Assembly (NCBI RefSeq): GCF_009914755.1 | Contig: NC_060925.1 | DNA length: 64,000 nt | Origin: the human T2T-CHM13v2.0 reference genome, Homo sapiens | Direction: 5' to 3' (one strand) | In this document: one piece after another, positions 1-13,422 of the stretch | How the letters are laid out: every line of letters begins with the position of its first letter | Numbering within the stretch: position 1 is the stretch's first letter | The notes under the pieces: generated by a model | The model's database searches: none | What the model was told of the DNA's origin: nothing | Seen by the model: only the letters and a program-made list of their open reading frames with translations | Position numbers and translations under genes: made by a program

Positions 1-1176
1 CTTTCTTTTGGATATACACAGTAGCAGGATTCCTGGATGGTAGAGCAGTTCTATTTTTAGTTTTTTGAGGAATCTCCATACTATTCTCCATTGTGACTTT
101 CCTAATTTATATTCCCACCAAAAGTGTATGAGGGTTCCCCTTTCTCCACATCATCGCCAGCACCTGTTATTTCCTGTCTTTTTGATAAAAGCAATTTTAT
201 CTGGAGTAAGATAATACCTCACTGTAATTTTGATTTGCATTCTCCTGATGATTAGTGATGTTGAGCATATTTTTCATATATTTGTTGGCCATTGTATGTC
301 TTCTTTTGAGAAATGTCTATTCAGGTCTTTTGTGCATTTTTTAATTAAATTATTTGCTGGGTTTTTTTTCTACTGAGTTTTTTGAGCTCCTTATAAACTC
401 TGGTTTATTAATCCCTTGTCAGGTTGGTAGTTTGCAAATATTTTCTCCTATTCTATAGGTTGTGTCTTCCTTCGCTTGCTGATTGTTTCCTTTGCTGTGC
501 AGAAGCTTCTTAGCTTGATGGAATAACATTTGTCTATTTCTTGCTTTGATTGACTGTGCTTGTGAGGTTTTACACAGAAAATTTTTGCCTAGACCAATGT
601 CCTGGAGCATTTTCCCAATGCTTTCTTCTAGTAGTTTCACAGTTTCAGGTCTTAGATTTAAACCTTTAATCTATTTTTGTTTGTGGATGGTAAGAGATTT
701 AGATCTAAGGTTCATTCTTTTGATTATAGTTAACCAAATTTCCCAGCACCATTTATTAAAGAGGTGGTCCTTCTTAGCACATTTGTTGAAGATGAATTTG
801 CTATAAATGTGTGGATTCATAAATGAATTTTCTGTTCTACTCCATTGGTCTGTGTGTCTATTCTTGTGCCAGTACCATGCTGATTTGGTTACTATAGCTT
901 TGTCATAAATTTTAAAGTTATACAGTGTGATGCCTCCAGATTTGTTCTTTTTTCTCAGAATTGCTTCAGCTAATTAGGGTCTTTTATGGTTCCACATAAA
1001 TTGTAAGACTTTTAAAAATTTCTGTGAAGAATGTCATTGGTATTTTGATAGGGATTGCATTGAATCTATAAATTGTTTGGGGGTAGTATTGTCATTCTGA
1101 TAGTATCAATTCTTCCAACTGATAATGAGTTTTTTTTTCATTTTTGTGTCCTTTTCAATTTTATTCATCAGTATTT
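1..1176 (-). mobile_element. Old LINE-1 (L1M/L1MA-like) ORF2 3' region, left part; continues at 4396
   Basis: Minus-strand translation gives L1 ORF2-like peptide (KLLEESIGKMLQDIGLGKNF). The antisense L1 sequence resumes in register after the insert at ~4396. Confidence 0.85.
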
Positions 1177-4100
1177 CCAGTCAAGGGCTTATAGATATAA
1201 CTCCCATCTCCCTGGGGCAGAGCACCTGGGGGAAGGGGCGGCTGTGGGCACAGCTTTGGCAGACTTGTTCTTGCCTGCTGGCTCTGAAGAGAGCAGTGGA
1301 TCTCCCAGCACAGTGCCTCCTCAGATGGCAGTCTGACCCCTGTGCCTCCTGACTGGGAGAAAGCTCCCAGCAGGGGTCAACAGACACCTCCTACAGGAGA
1401 GCTCCAGCTTTCATCTGGTGGGTGCTCCTCTGGAACAAAGCTTCCAGAGGAAGAAACAGGCAGCAATCGTTGCTCTTCTGCAGCCTCTGCTGGTGATACC
1501 CAGGCAAACAGGGTCTGGAGTGGACCTCCAGCAAACTCCAACAGACCTGCAACAGAGGGGTCTGACTGTTAGAAGGAAAACTAACAAATAAAAAGGAATA
1601 GCATCAACATCAACAGAAAGAACTTCCACACCGAAACCCCATCCTAAGGTCACCAACACCGGAGATAGAGATCAAAGATAGATCAATCCATGAAGACGAG
1701 GAAAAACCAGAGCAAAAAGCTGAAAATTCAAAAAAGTAGAATGTCTCTTCTCCTCCAAAGGATCATAACTCCTCACCACCAAGGGAACAAAACTAGATGG
1801 CAAATGAGTTTGACGAATTGACAGAGGTAGGCTTCAGAAGATGGGTAATAACAAACTCCTCCGAGCTAAAGGAGCATGTTCTAACCCAATGAAAGGAAGC
1901 TAAGAACCCTGGAAAAAAGGTTAGGGGAATTGCTAACTCAAATAACCAGTTTAGAGAAGAACATAAATGACCTGATGGAGCTGAAAAACACAGCACGAGA
2001 ACTTCATGATGCATACACAAGTATCAATAGCTGAATCGATCCAGCCGAAGAAAGAAATTCAATCAGAGATTGAAGATCAACTTAATGAAATAAAGCATGA
2101 AGACAAGATTAGAGAAAAAAGAATGAAAAGGAACAAATGAAGCCTCCAAGTAATATGGGACTATATGAAAACACCAAACCTACATTTGATTGGTGTAACT
2201 GAAAGTGACAGGGAGAATGGAACCAAGTTTGAAAACACTCTTATCCAGGGGAACTTCCCCAATCTAGCAAGACAGGCCAACATTCAAATTCAGGAAATAC
2301 AGAGAACGCCAGTAAGATACTCCTCGAGAAGAGCAACCCCAAGACACATAATTGTCAGATTCACCAAGGTTGAAATGAAGGAAAAAATGTTAAGCGCAGC
2401 CAGAGAGAAAGATTGGGTTACCCACAAAGGGAAGCCCATCAGACTAACAGTAGATCTGTCTGCAGAAACCCTACAAGATAGAAGAGAGTGGGGGCCAATA
2501 TTCAACATTCTTAAAGAAAAGAATTTTCAACCCAGAATTTCATATCCAGTCAAACTAAGCTTCATAAATGAAGGAGAAATAAAATCCTTTACAGACAAGC
2601 AAATGCTGAGAGATTTTGTCACCCCCAGGCCTGCCTTATAAGAGCTCCTGAAGGAAGCACTAAGTACAGAAAGGAAAAACCGGTACCAGCCACAGCAAAA
2701 ACATATCAAATTGTAAAGACCATTGACACTATGAAGAAAGTGCAAAATAATGGGCAAAATAACCAGCTAGCATCATAATGACAGGATCAAATTCACACAT
2801 AACAATATTAACCTTAAATGTAAATAGGTCAAATGCCCCAGTTAAAAGACACAGACTGGCAAATTGGATAGTCAAGGCCCATTGGTGTGCTGTATTCAAG
2901 AGACCCATCTCACATGCAAAGACCACACATAGGCTCAAAATAAAGGGATGGAGGAAAATTTACCAAGCAAATGGAAAACAACAAAAAACAACAACAACAA
3001 CAACAAAAAAAAAACAAGGGTTGCAATCCTAGTCTCTGACAAAACAGACTTTAAATCAACAAAGATCAAAAAAGACAGAGAAGGGCATTACATAGTGGTA
3101 AAGGGGTCAATGCAACAAGAAGAGCTAACTATCCTAAATATATATGCACCCAATACAGGAGCACACAGATTCATAAAACAAGTTCTTAGAGAACTATAAA
3201 GAGACTTAGATTCCTACACAATAATGGTGGGAGACTTTAACACCCCACTGTCAATATTAGACAGACCAACGAGACAGAAAGTTAACAAAGATATTCAGGA
3301 CTTGAACTCAGCTCTGGACCAAGGGGACCTAATAGACATCTACAGAACACTCCACTCCAAACTGACAGAATATACATTCTGCTCAGCACCACATCACACT
3401 TATTCCAAAATTGACCACATAATTGGAAGTAAAACACTCCTCACCAAATGCAAAAGAATGGAAATCATAGCAAACAGTCTCTCAGACCACAGTGCAATCA
3501 AATTAGAACTCAGGATTAAGAAACTCACTCAAAGCCACACAACTATATGGAAACCGAACCACCTGCTCCTTAATGACAGTTGGGTAAATAATGAAATTAA
3601 TGCAGAAATAAATAAGTTCTTTGAAAACAATGAGAACAATGACACAACATACCAGAATCTCTGGCACTAAAAGTCCACAGGAGAAAGTGGGAAAGATCTA
3701 AAATCAACACCCTAACATCATAATTAAAAGAACTAGAGAAGCAAGAGCAAACAGATTCAAAAGCTAGCAGAAGACAAGAAGTAACTCAGATCAGAGCAGA
3801 ACTGAAGGAGCTAGAAACATGAAAAACCCTTAAAAAAATCAATGAATCCAGGATCTGGCTTTTTTAAAAGATTAACAAAATAGATAGACTGCTAGCCAGA
3901 CTAATAAAGAAGAAAAGAGAGAACAATCAAATAGACACAATAAAAAATGATAAAGGGGATATCACCACTGATCCCACAGATATGCAAACTACCGTCAGAG
4001 AAAACTATAAACACCTCTATGCAAATAAACTAGAAAATCTAGAAGAAATGAATAAACTCCTGGACACATACACCCTCCCAAGACTAAACCAGGAAGAAGC

Positions 4101-4395
4101 CAAATCCCTGAATAGACCAACAACAAGTTCTGAAATTGAGGCAGTAATTAATAGCCTACCAACCAAAAAAAGCTCAGGGCAAGACGGATTCACAGCCGAA
4201 TTCTACCAGAAGTCAAAGGGGAGCTGGTTTCCTTCTGAAATTATTCCAAACAATAGAAAAAGAGGGACTCCTCCCTAACTCATTTTATGAGGCCAGCATC
4301 AACCTGATACAAAAACCTGGCAGAGACACGACAAAAAAGAAAATTTCAGGCCAATATTCCTGATGAACATCGACGCAAAAAACCTCAATAAAATA
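1177..4395 (+). mobile_element. L1PA (L1PA7/8-like) internal fragment: partial 5'UTR, ORF1, ORF2 endonuclease to start of RT; disrupted
   Basis: ORF1 peptide 2165-2641 (RYSSRRATPRHIIVRF...YPVKLSF); ORF2 start MTGSNSHITILTLNVN at 2778; EN motifs GDFNTPLS and SDHSAIKLE; many stops and frameshifts; no 3'UTR or poly(A). Confidence 0.9.
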
Positions 4396-4607
4396 TTTTT
4401 TAGTTTTCTTTGTATAGATCTTTTACTTATTTGGCTAAATTGATTTTTATATGTTTTATATTCTTTGTACCTATTGTGAATTTGATTTCTTTCTTGATTT
4501 CTTTTTTAGATTGTTTGCTGTTGGCATATAGCAATGCTACTTTTCTAATATTTCTGTGTTGGTTTTATATCCTGTAACTTTACTGAATTCATTTATCGGC
4601 TATAACA

Positions 4608-4634
4608 GTTTTCTTTCTTTCTTTTCTTTCTTTC

Positions 4635-4702
<68 letters not shown>

Positions 4703-4792
4703 TCCTTCTTTCTTTCTTTCCTTCCTTTTCTTTTCCCCTTCCTTCCTTCCTTCCTTCCTTTCTTCCTTTCTTTTTTTTTCCTTTTTTTCTCT
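4608..4792. repeat. (TTTC)n/(TTCC)n microsatellite
   Basis: Visible tandem tetranucleotide run. Confidence 0.95.
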
Positions 4793-5725
4793 TGACTAAT
4801 TACTCCGACAGGACTTCTGGTACATGTTAAATAAAAGTGGTAAAAGTGGGCATTCTTGTCTTGTTCTAGATCTTAGACAAAAGGCTTTTAATTTTTCCCA
4901 GTTCAGTACAGTGTTAGTTGCTGGTTTGTCACATGTGGCCTTTATTAGTTTGAGATATATTCTTCTATATTTTGTTTTATAAGAGCTTTTATAAAAAAGT
5001 AATGTTGAATTTTTTCAAATCCTTTTTCTGCATCTATTGAGATAATCTTATGGTTTTTGTTCTTGACTCTATTAATTTGATATCACATTTATTGATTTTT
5101 GTATGTTGAACCATCCTTGCATCTCTAGGACAAATCCAATTTAATGATGGTGAATTATCTTTCTAATGTGTTGCTGAATTCTGTTTGTTATTATTTTGTG
5201 GAGAATTTTCACATCTATTTTCATCAGACATATTGGCCTGTAGTTTTCTTTTTTGCTGTGTTCTTGTCTGGTTTTGGCATTGGGGTAATACTGGCCTTGT
5301 AGAATGAGTTTGAAAGTATTCTGTCTTCTTTAATTTTTTTGAAGAGTTTGAATAAAATTGATATTAGTTTTTCTTTAAGTATTTGGTAGAATTCAGCAAT
5401 GAAGCCATCGGGTCCTGAGCTTTTCTTCGATGGGAGACTATTATGACTTCAATCTCATTACTCATTATTGGCTTATTTGATTTTCTATTTTTTCATGGTT
5501 CTGTATTGGTAGGTTGTACGTGTCCAGAAATTCGTCTGTTTTTTTCTAGGTTTTCCAATTTGTTGATATGTGGTTGTACATAATAGTCTCTAACAATACT
5601 TGGTATTTTTTGGTCTCAATTGTTATGTCTCCTTTTTAATTTCTGATTTTACTCTTTTGGGTATTTTCTCTTTTTTTTAGTCTAGGTAAAGGTTTATCTT
5701 TTTTTGTTTATCTTTTCAGAAAGGT

Positions 5726-6040
5726 GTCCAGGCATGGTGGTTCATGCCTGTAATCCCAACACTTTGAGACGCTGAGGTGGAAGGATCACTAGAGCCCAGG
5801 AGTTTGAGACCAGCCTGGGCAACATATTGAGACCCCATCTCTAAAAGAAAAATAATAATAGTCAAGTGTGGTGGCTCATACCTCTGGTCCCAGCTACTTG
5901 GAAGGCCAAGGTGAGAGGCTCTCGAGCCCAGCAGATATAGGCGACAGTGAGCTGTGACTGGACCACTGCACTTTGTTGCCTGGTCATCAAAGCAAGACCT
6001 TGTTTCAGAAAGAAAACAAAAAGCAAAAAAAAAAAAAAGA
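5726..6040 (+). mobile_element. Alu (AluJ-like)
   Basis: Diverged dimeric Alu with A-rich tail. Confidence 0.85.
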
Positions 6041-6503
6041 ACCCAAAAAGATAACTTTTGATTTTGTTAATCTTCTGTATTTTTTTAGTATCAATTTCAT
6101 TTATTTCTCCTTTGATCTTTATTGTTTCTTTTCTTCACTAATTTTGTGTTTGGTTTGTTCTTGCTTTTCTCGTATCTTTACATGCATTGTTAGTTTTTTA
6201 TTTGAAGTCTCAAGTTTTTTGATGTAAGTATTTCTTTATATAAACTTCCTTCTTAATATAGCTTTTGCTGTATTCCATGGACTTTCGTATGTTGCATTTC
6301 CACTTTAATTTATTTCAAGAAATTTTAAAATTTTCTTCTTAATTTCTTCACTGGTCATTGAAGAGCTTATTGTTTAATTTCCATGTGTTTGTGAAGTTTT
6401 CAAGATTTCTCTTGTTATTGATTTCTAGTTTTATTCCATTGTGGTCATAAAATATGTTTGATATAATTTCTGCTTTTTTGAATTTGTTAAAACTTATTTT
6501 CTG

Positions 6504-6810
6504 GGCCGGGCGCGGTGGCTCACGCCTGTAATCCCAGCACTTTGGGAGGCCAAGGCGGGTGGATCACGAGGTCAGGAGATCGAGACCATCCTAGCTAACA
6601 CGGTGAAACCCCGTCTCTACTAAAAATACAAAAAATTAGCCGGGCGAGGTGGCGGGCGCCTGTAGTCCCAGCTACTCGGGAGGCTGAGGCAGGAGAATGG
6701 CGTGAACCCCAGGGGGCGGAGCCTGCAGTGAGCCGAGATCGAGCCACTGCACTCCAGCCTGGGCGACAGCGAGACTCCGTCTCAAAAAAAAAAAAAAAAA
6801 AAAAAAAAAA
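6504..6810 (+). mobile_element. Young AluY (AluYe5-like) with ~15-bp TSD AAAACTTATTTTCTG
   Basis: Near-consensus, CpG-rich, pure A tail; TSD at 6489-6503 and again right after the tail; GGGCGAGGTGGCGGGCG and GGCGGAGCCTGCAG variants. Confidence 0.9.
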
Positions 6811-8043
6811 CTTATTTTCTGGCCTAAGAAATGGTCTATTCTGGAGGATGTTCCAGGAACTGATGAAAAGAATTTGTATTCTGTAGCAGGTGGTGAAATG
6901 TTCTGTAAATGTCAGTTGGGCCTATTATTATGTCTAGTGTGTAGTTTTACTCTGATGTTTCTTTGTTGATTTTCTGTTTGGATAATCTGTTCACTACTGA
7001 AATTGGAGTGTTAATGTCCTCTACTGCTAATATATTGAAGTCTATTTCTCCCTTTAGATCTATTGTTGTCTGCTTTATGTACTCGGGAGCTCCAGTGTTG
7101 GGTGCCTAGATGTTTATAATTTTTATATCCTCTTGTGGAATTGACCATTTTTTCATTATATAGTGACCACCCTTTTCTCTTTTTACAGTATTTAAGTTAA
7201 AGTCTATTATGTCTCATATAAGTGTAACTACTCCTGCCTTTTTTTTGTTTTAATTTGCATGGAATATCTTTTTACGTCTTCTCACTTTCAATCTATAGGT
7301 GAAATGAGTTTCTTGAAGGTCACATATAAAAGTGAAAGTCACTTCCTTTTTAATCCACTCAGCAACTCTATGTTTTATAATTGGAGAATTACATTTAATT
7401 CTCCAATTACATTTAATGTACATCTCGCTTATATTTAATGTTATTATTGATAGGTAAGGACTTATTACTGCCATGTTGTTACTTGTTTTCTAACTCCTCC
7501 CTTCCTTCTTTTCTTTTGTACAGTATTCCTTTGTGCTTAAATGATTTTCCATGGCAGCATGTTTTCATTCATTGCTTTTTATTTTTAATATATCTATTAC
7601 AGGTTTTTGCTTTATGGTTACCATGGGGCTTGCAAAAAACATCCCACAGTTACAGCAAATATTTAAGACTGATATCAACTTAACTTTGATCACCAAAAAG
7701 ATAAAAGAAAGAAACAAAAAAATCTATACACATTAACTCCCTTCTTGCCCCCACATTTTGGTTTTTTGATGTACATCTTACATTTTTTATATTGCATATC
7801 ACTTATATGATTGTTAAAGTTATTATTCTTAACGGTTTTGTCTTTTAGTCTCTTACTAAGTATACACGTTGTTCAAATACAACAATTGTATTAGCATAGC
7901 AATCACATTAGCATCCTTTTCTTTTGGTTTAAAGAACTCTCTGAAGCATTTTTTTTTGTAGACAGTTCTGATACTGATAACTTTCCTCAGTTTTTGTTTG
8001 TTTGAGAAAGTGTTGCTCTTTCATTTCTTTTCTTTTATATTGC

Positions 8044-8337
8044 TTTTTTTTTTTTTTGCGGTAGTGTCTCACTCTGTTGTCCAGGCTGGAGTGCAGTGGT
8101 GCGATCTTGGCTCACTGCAACCTCTGCCTCCCTAGTTCAAGCAATTCTCCTGACTCAGCCTCCTGAGTAGCTGGGACTACAGGCGCATGCCACCGTGCCT
8201 GGTTAATTTTTGTATTTTTATTAGAGACAGGGTTTCCCCATATTGGCCAGGCTGGTCTCGAACTCCTGACCTTGTGATCCGCCCACCTTGGCCTCCCAAA
8301 GTGCTGGGATTACAGCTGTGAGCCACCATGCTTGGCC
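8044..8337 (-). mobile_element. Alu (AluS-like)
   Basis: Poly-T followed by antisense Alu consensus. Confidence 0.9.
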
Positions 8338-10227
8338 TTCTCTTTCATTTCTTATTGATAACTTTGCTGGGTACAGGATTCTTGGTTGGCAACTTTTTTC
8401 TCTCAGCACTTTGACTATAAGGTCCCACTTTATCCTGTCCTGTATGATTTTTGCTGAGGAAGTTCCCTGCCAGACATGTTGCTTCTCCCTCATATGCTAT
8501 TTGCTTCTTTTCTTTTACTGCTTTCAGGATTCTCTCTTTGTCTTTGACCTTTGAGAATTTGATTATAATATGTCTTGGGGTATTCTTATTTGAGTTGAAT
8601 CTGGTTTGTGATCTTTGAACATCCTGTACCTGATATTTATATCTTTCTCCAAGTTTGGAAAGTTTTCTGTTATTATTTATTTCAATAAACTTTCTGCCTC
8701 TTTGTTTTCTCAGTTCCCTCCTTCACTCCAATAACCTGAATATTTGCTTTTTTGATTTGGTCTCAAAGCTCCTTTAAGTTTTGGTCATTGTTTTTTTCTT
8801 TTTTCTCTTCTATTTTCAAATAGTCTGTTTTCAAGCTCACTAATTCTTTCTTCTGTTTGACTAATTCTGCTGTTGATGCTCCCTATAGCATTTTTTATTT
8901 AATTTGTTGTAGTTTTCAGCTCTATAATTTCTGTTTGATTTTTTAAAATTATTTCAATTACTCTGTTAAATTTCTCTGATGAGTTACTGAGTCAATTCTC
9001 TGTTTTCCGGAAGTTTTTGGAGCTTTATTAAATTAGCTATTTTGAATTGTTTCTTTGAGAGATCACACATCTCCATCACTTTAGGTCAGTCTCTGGCACC
9101 TTATTTTATCTATTTGGTGAGGTCATACTTCCCAGAATGTTTTTTATCTTTATGGAAGTGTGATGATATCTGCACATTGATATACTGGGTATTCATTTTA
9201 GTCTTTGCAGTCTGGCTTTGTTTGTGCCTGTCCTTCAAAGGACCTTTCAGGGAGTCCACGCTGATGGGCTATTGTTATAAAATAGCTTTATCTTTCCTGG
9301 GGCCTCCAGGAGGAAAAAGTTTGGAGCAAATTTGAAGCACATATAGATTCCACTTGAATTCCTTAATCCTTCTAAAGGCCACACCCACATTTCTGGATTG
9401 TATTTTGCACCTTTCAATCTGGAAACAAGACATATGGGGCCCTATTATAAAATTAAAATATATATATATTTTCCTTTTTAAGAAGAAGTAAATTTTTCCT
9501 CAGTGAATTAGTTTGCTAGTTGAATTCATTTGCCTAATATTAAAAACTTCAAAGTAGATTGCATTTTTATATGCATTATACTTTCTGTTGTCTAAGCTAT
9601 TGATACCAAATAGAAAAGCCATAAAATTTGAAATACACTTCATACTTCAATATTTGAATTATTTTTAAGGTTTTCAAAGCATTCTAGTGTTGTTTACATA
9701 AAGTCATGAACAATGGCTGATGTAAAATGAGTGATGTTGATAAATTGTATCAGTTGATGTTTATTGGTCATCAGTGAACTTATTAGCTTCTTAAGATTCA
9801 TTTTTCTCAAAGCTAAAAAAAATTTAGTGTGATATCAAGTGATACAGGCTAACAATTTCAGTTATTCCTTTCTACCTCAGAGGAAATTATAAATAAAAGT
9901 AATTCTGTCCATTTTCCCAAAACTTAAGCACAGAGGGGGATTTTGTTTTATTTATCTTTTCAATGCTAGTTACTCAATGTACGTCAGTCAATTGAAGAAT
10001 AGATGAGGAGTCTTTTGAGCAATGGGAAGAATGTCTTTTTTTGAGCCTATTGGTTGATGTTTTGCATCTATACATCTCCTGCCAGCTTAGTGCTGATGCT
10101 TCAGTAGCTTTCAAATAGTGAGTGCTGAAGTTAAGGAATAAAACTGAGATGCTACAGGTGGGGGGAAATGATTGATCCTGTGACAGAGGAGATATTTCAG
10201 AGACCACAACTTTTGTGCAGATCTACC

Positions 10228-10261
10228 TGTATGTACGTATGTATGTATGTATGTATGCGTG

Positions 10262-10309
<48 letters not shown>

Positions 10310-10328
10310 ATCATCATCATCATCTATC
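10228..10328. repeat. Compound microsatellite (TATG)n(TATC)n(CAT)n
   Basis: Visible tandem repeats. Confidence 0.95.
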
Positions 10329-10899
10329 TTCTTTATCATTAATCATCTATCACCTACATATCTATGTGTTTATTTAATCAGACTACTTAGAAGCTCACTC
10401 TCCATTAAATAGAATTATTTTTTAAAAACTTGTTGGTTGTGATGTATATTTAATGAAGAAATAGTATATATGTTGATAAACAGAGACACAAATTACTGCA
10501 GAGACACAAATATTTCTACTAACATTGACATCTCAGGAAAGCAAACCTCTAAAAACAGACTTGATAAAGTTTCTGTACTTTGAGCAATTTTAAACACAGT
10601 GAATAAGAATTTGTTTTGCAAGTAACATTAAAATCCTGACAGAAGGGAAAAGTCATTTTGATGCAAATTGCATACAAAATGATCACTGAGGGAAGAAATA
10701 AAGGATCAATGAACAATGCAAAACCAAGACGATGAAAGAAGAGAACCTGCATTGTGTTTATTGGGAAGGGTTAGAGGTTCATAATAGAACAATCTTGAAT
10801 ATCATTTACACATGCTTAAGCCAGTTGTTTAGTAAACTGCATAACGTTCTCCTTCCATAAAATCGTTTGGTCCTTTTGAATTCTAGTATCATCCTTGTA

Positions 10900-11110
10900 A
10901 CTAGAAGGCAATGTAGTGTGACAATGTAGAGCACAGATTTCAGAGTTGGTCAAATATGGGTTTGGATTTTGCTTTACTTTGCATATGATAAACTATTGGA
11001 TGAACTATTTAAACTACCTGAGCCTCAGTCTCATCTTTAAATAGGTATTATAATACTGAACTCTTGGAATCTTTTGTGAGTCTATGAGTCATGGACTATA
11101 TTCACAGCAC
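10900..11110 (+). mobile_element. MIR remnant
   Basis: Core-like CTACCTGAGCCTCAGTCTCATCTTTAAATAGG. Confidence 0.55.
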
Positions 11111-11135
11111 TTATGTATATAAAAACTCAATATAG

Positions 11136-11764
<629 letters not shown>

Positions 11765-11879
11765 TAATATCAATTTCAGCTATATTAAATATATGAGATG
11801 AAGACATTTTGTTATCATTAATTATCTCAGGTAAGAACCAGGATATATTTTGTTCTTTAAATTTTTTTTAGCTTCATAT

Positions 11880-12690
11880 TTTTTCTAACTTTTATTTCAG
11901 GTTCAGGGGTACATGCACAGGTCTGCTATATAGGTAAATTGCATGTCTTAGGGATTTGGAATACAGATTATTTTGTCACTTAGGTGATAAGCATAGTACC
12001 CAACAGGTTCTTTTTCAATCCTCAGCCTCCTCCCAACCTCCAACCTCAAGTGGGCCCTGGTGTCTGTTTTTCCCTTCTTTGTGTCCATATGTACTCAAAA
12101 TTTAGCCCCCACTTATAAGTGAGAACAGGTGGTATTTGGTTTTCTCTTCCTGTGTTTGTTTACCCAGGATAATGACCTCCAGCTCCATCCATGTTGCTAC
12201 AAACGACATGATCTCATTCTTTTTTATGGGTGCATAGTATTCCATTATTATATGTACCACATTTTTATTTTTATCCAGTCTACTGTTGATGGGCATTTAG
12301 GTTGATTCCATGTCTTTGTTATTGTGTATAGTGCTGCAGTGAACATACATGTGCATGTGTCTTTCTGGTGGAATGATTTATATTCCTTTGGGTATATACC
12401 CAGTAATGGGACTGCTTGTTCAAATGGTAATTCTGTTTTAAGTTATTTGAGAAATTACCAAACTGCTTTCCACAATGGCTGAACTAATTTACATTTCCAC
12501 CAGCAGTGTATAAGCATTTTCTTTTTTCCACAACCTCACCAGCATCTGTTATTTTTTGATTTTTTATTAATAGCCATTCTGCCTAGGGTGAGGTGGTATC
12601 TCATGGTGGTTTTGATTTGCATTTCTTTAATGATTAGTGATGTCTAACACTTTTATATGTTCATTGGCCATGTGTAGGTCTTCTTTTTAA
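11880..12690 (-). mobile_element. L1PA (older, L1PA13-16-like) 3' end fragment
   Basis: ORF2 C-terminus (MEYYAPIKKNEIMSF...FSLISG) plus 3'UTR on the minus strand. Confidence 0.85.
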
Positions 12691-13422
12691 AATAACTGGG
12701 ATATTTTTCTATCTTAGTTCAGGGTTTCCTTTATTTCTTATTTTTGGATGTTATTATTTATTGTTTATTTTCTGTATATGAACTTCTAGAAATGTAATCA
12801 TCTTTATTATTGTCATAAATATTATCTCCTTTTTAAAAGCAATTGAATTTCCTACAACTTACAACTGGCATGTATGGATATAATTAATTTTTATTAGTTT
12901 ATCAACACTTTTCAACACTTTAACCTTTTTGTTTGACTTTTTTGGACTTTCTAGTTATATAATTATATAGTGATAACAGTCTACATATTATGGATGTACC
13001 ATAATTTATTTAACCAATTTTCTGCTGATATAATTTATACAGAACCAACTTTTTCTTTATTATCAACAATCTTGGGTAGAATTAAAGGGCTAAAGGGATG
13101 CACATTTAGGAATATTGTTGCTGATTGCCAAAAAAGACTTAGTAATTACTCTTCCACCTGCAGAGTGAGTAACTGTCTGTTTCCCAAAACTTTTGTCAAC
13201 ATAGCACTATAAGAAATCAAAGTTTGAATAGATAATAATAAATACTGTTCATTATCAACCAGAAATAACCACTTTCAACAGTTTGATGAGTATCTAAATT
13301 TATATTTATAGCCACATCTATATATTTATTCAAATCCCTTTTAATTTTTTTTACAAGAATGGATCAATTTATAGAAACTATTCCAGAACACACCTGTAAT
13401 AAATTATGTGATGCAAAGCCAT

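Larger units (their letters stand above)
4396..9265 (-). mobile_element. Old LINE-1 (L1M) ORF2/ORF1 region, continuation of 1-1176, interrupted by three Alus and a microsatellite
   Basis: T-rich antisense L1 sequence; minus ORFs give SPYLSIITLN (ORF2 start-like, 7250-7474) and CQPRILYPAKLS (ORF1, 8221-8493). Confidence 0.8.

Noticed and set aside
4556-4795. Hydrophobic FLSF-repeat membrane peptide
   Set aside because: Translation of a (TTTC)n microsatellite; the same applies to the YLSI repeats at 10168-10412.
7381-7420. Small perfect hairpin TTGGAGAATT-ACATTT-AATTCTCCAA
   Set aside because: 10-bp arms inside a decayed L1; likely a local template-switch event and too short for a miRNA precursor.
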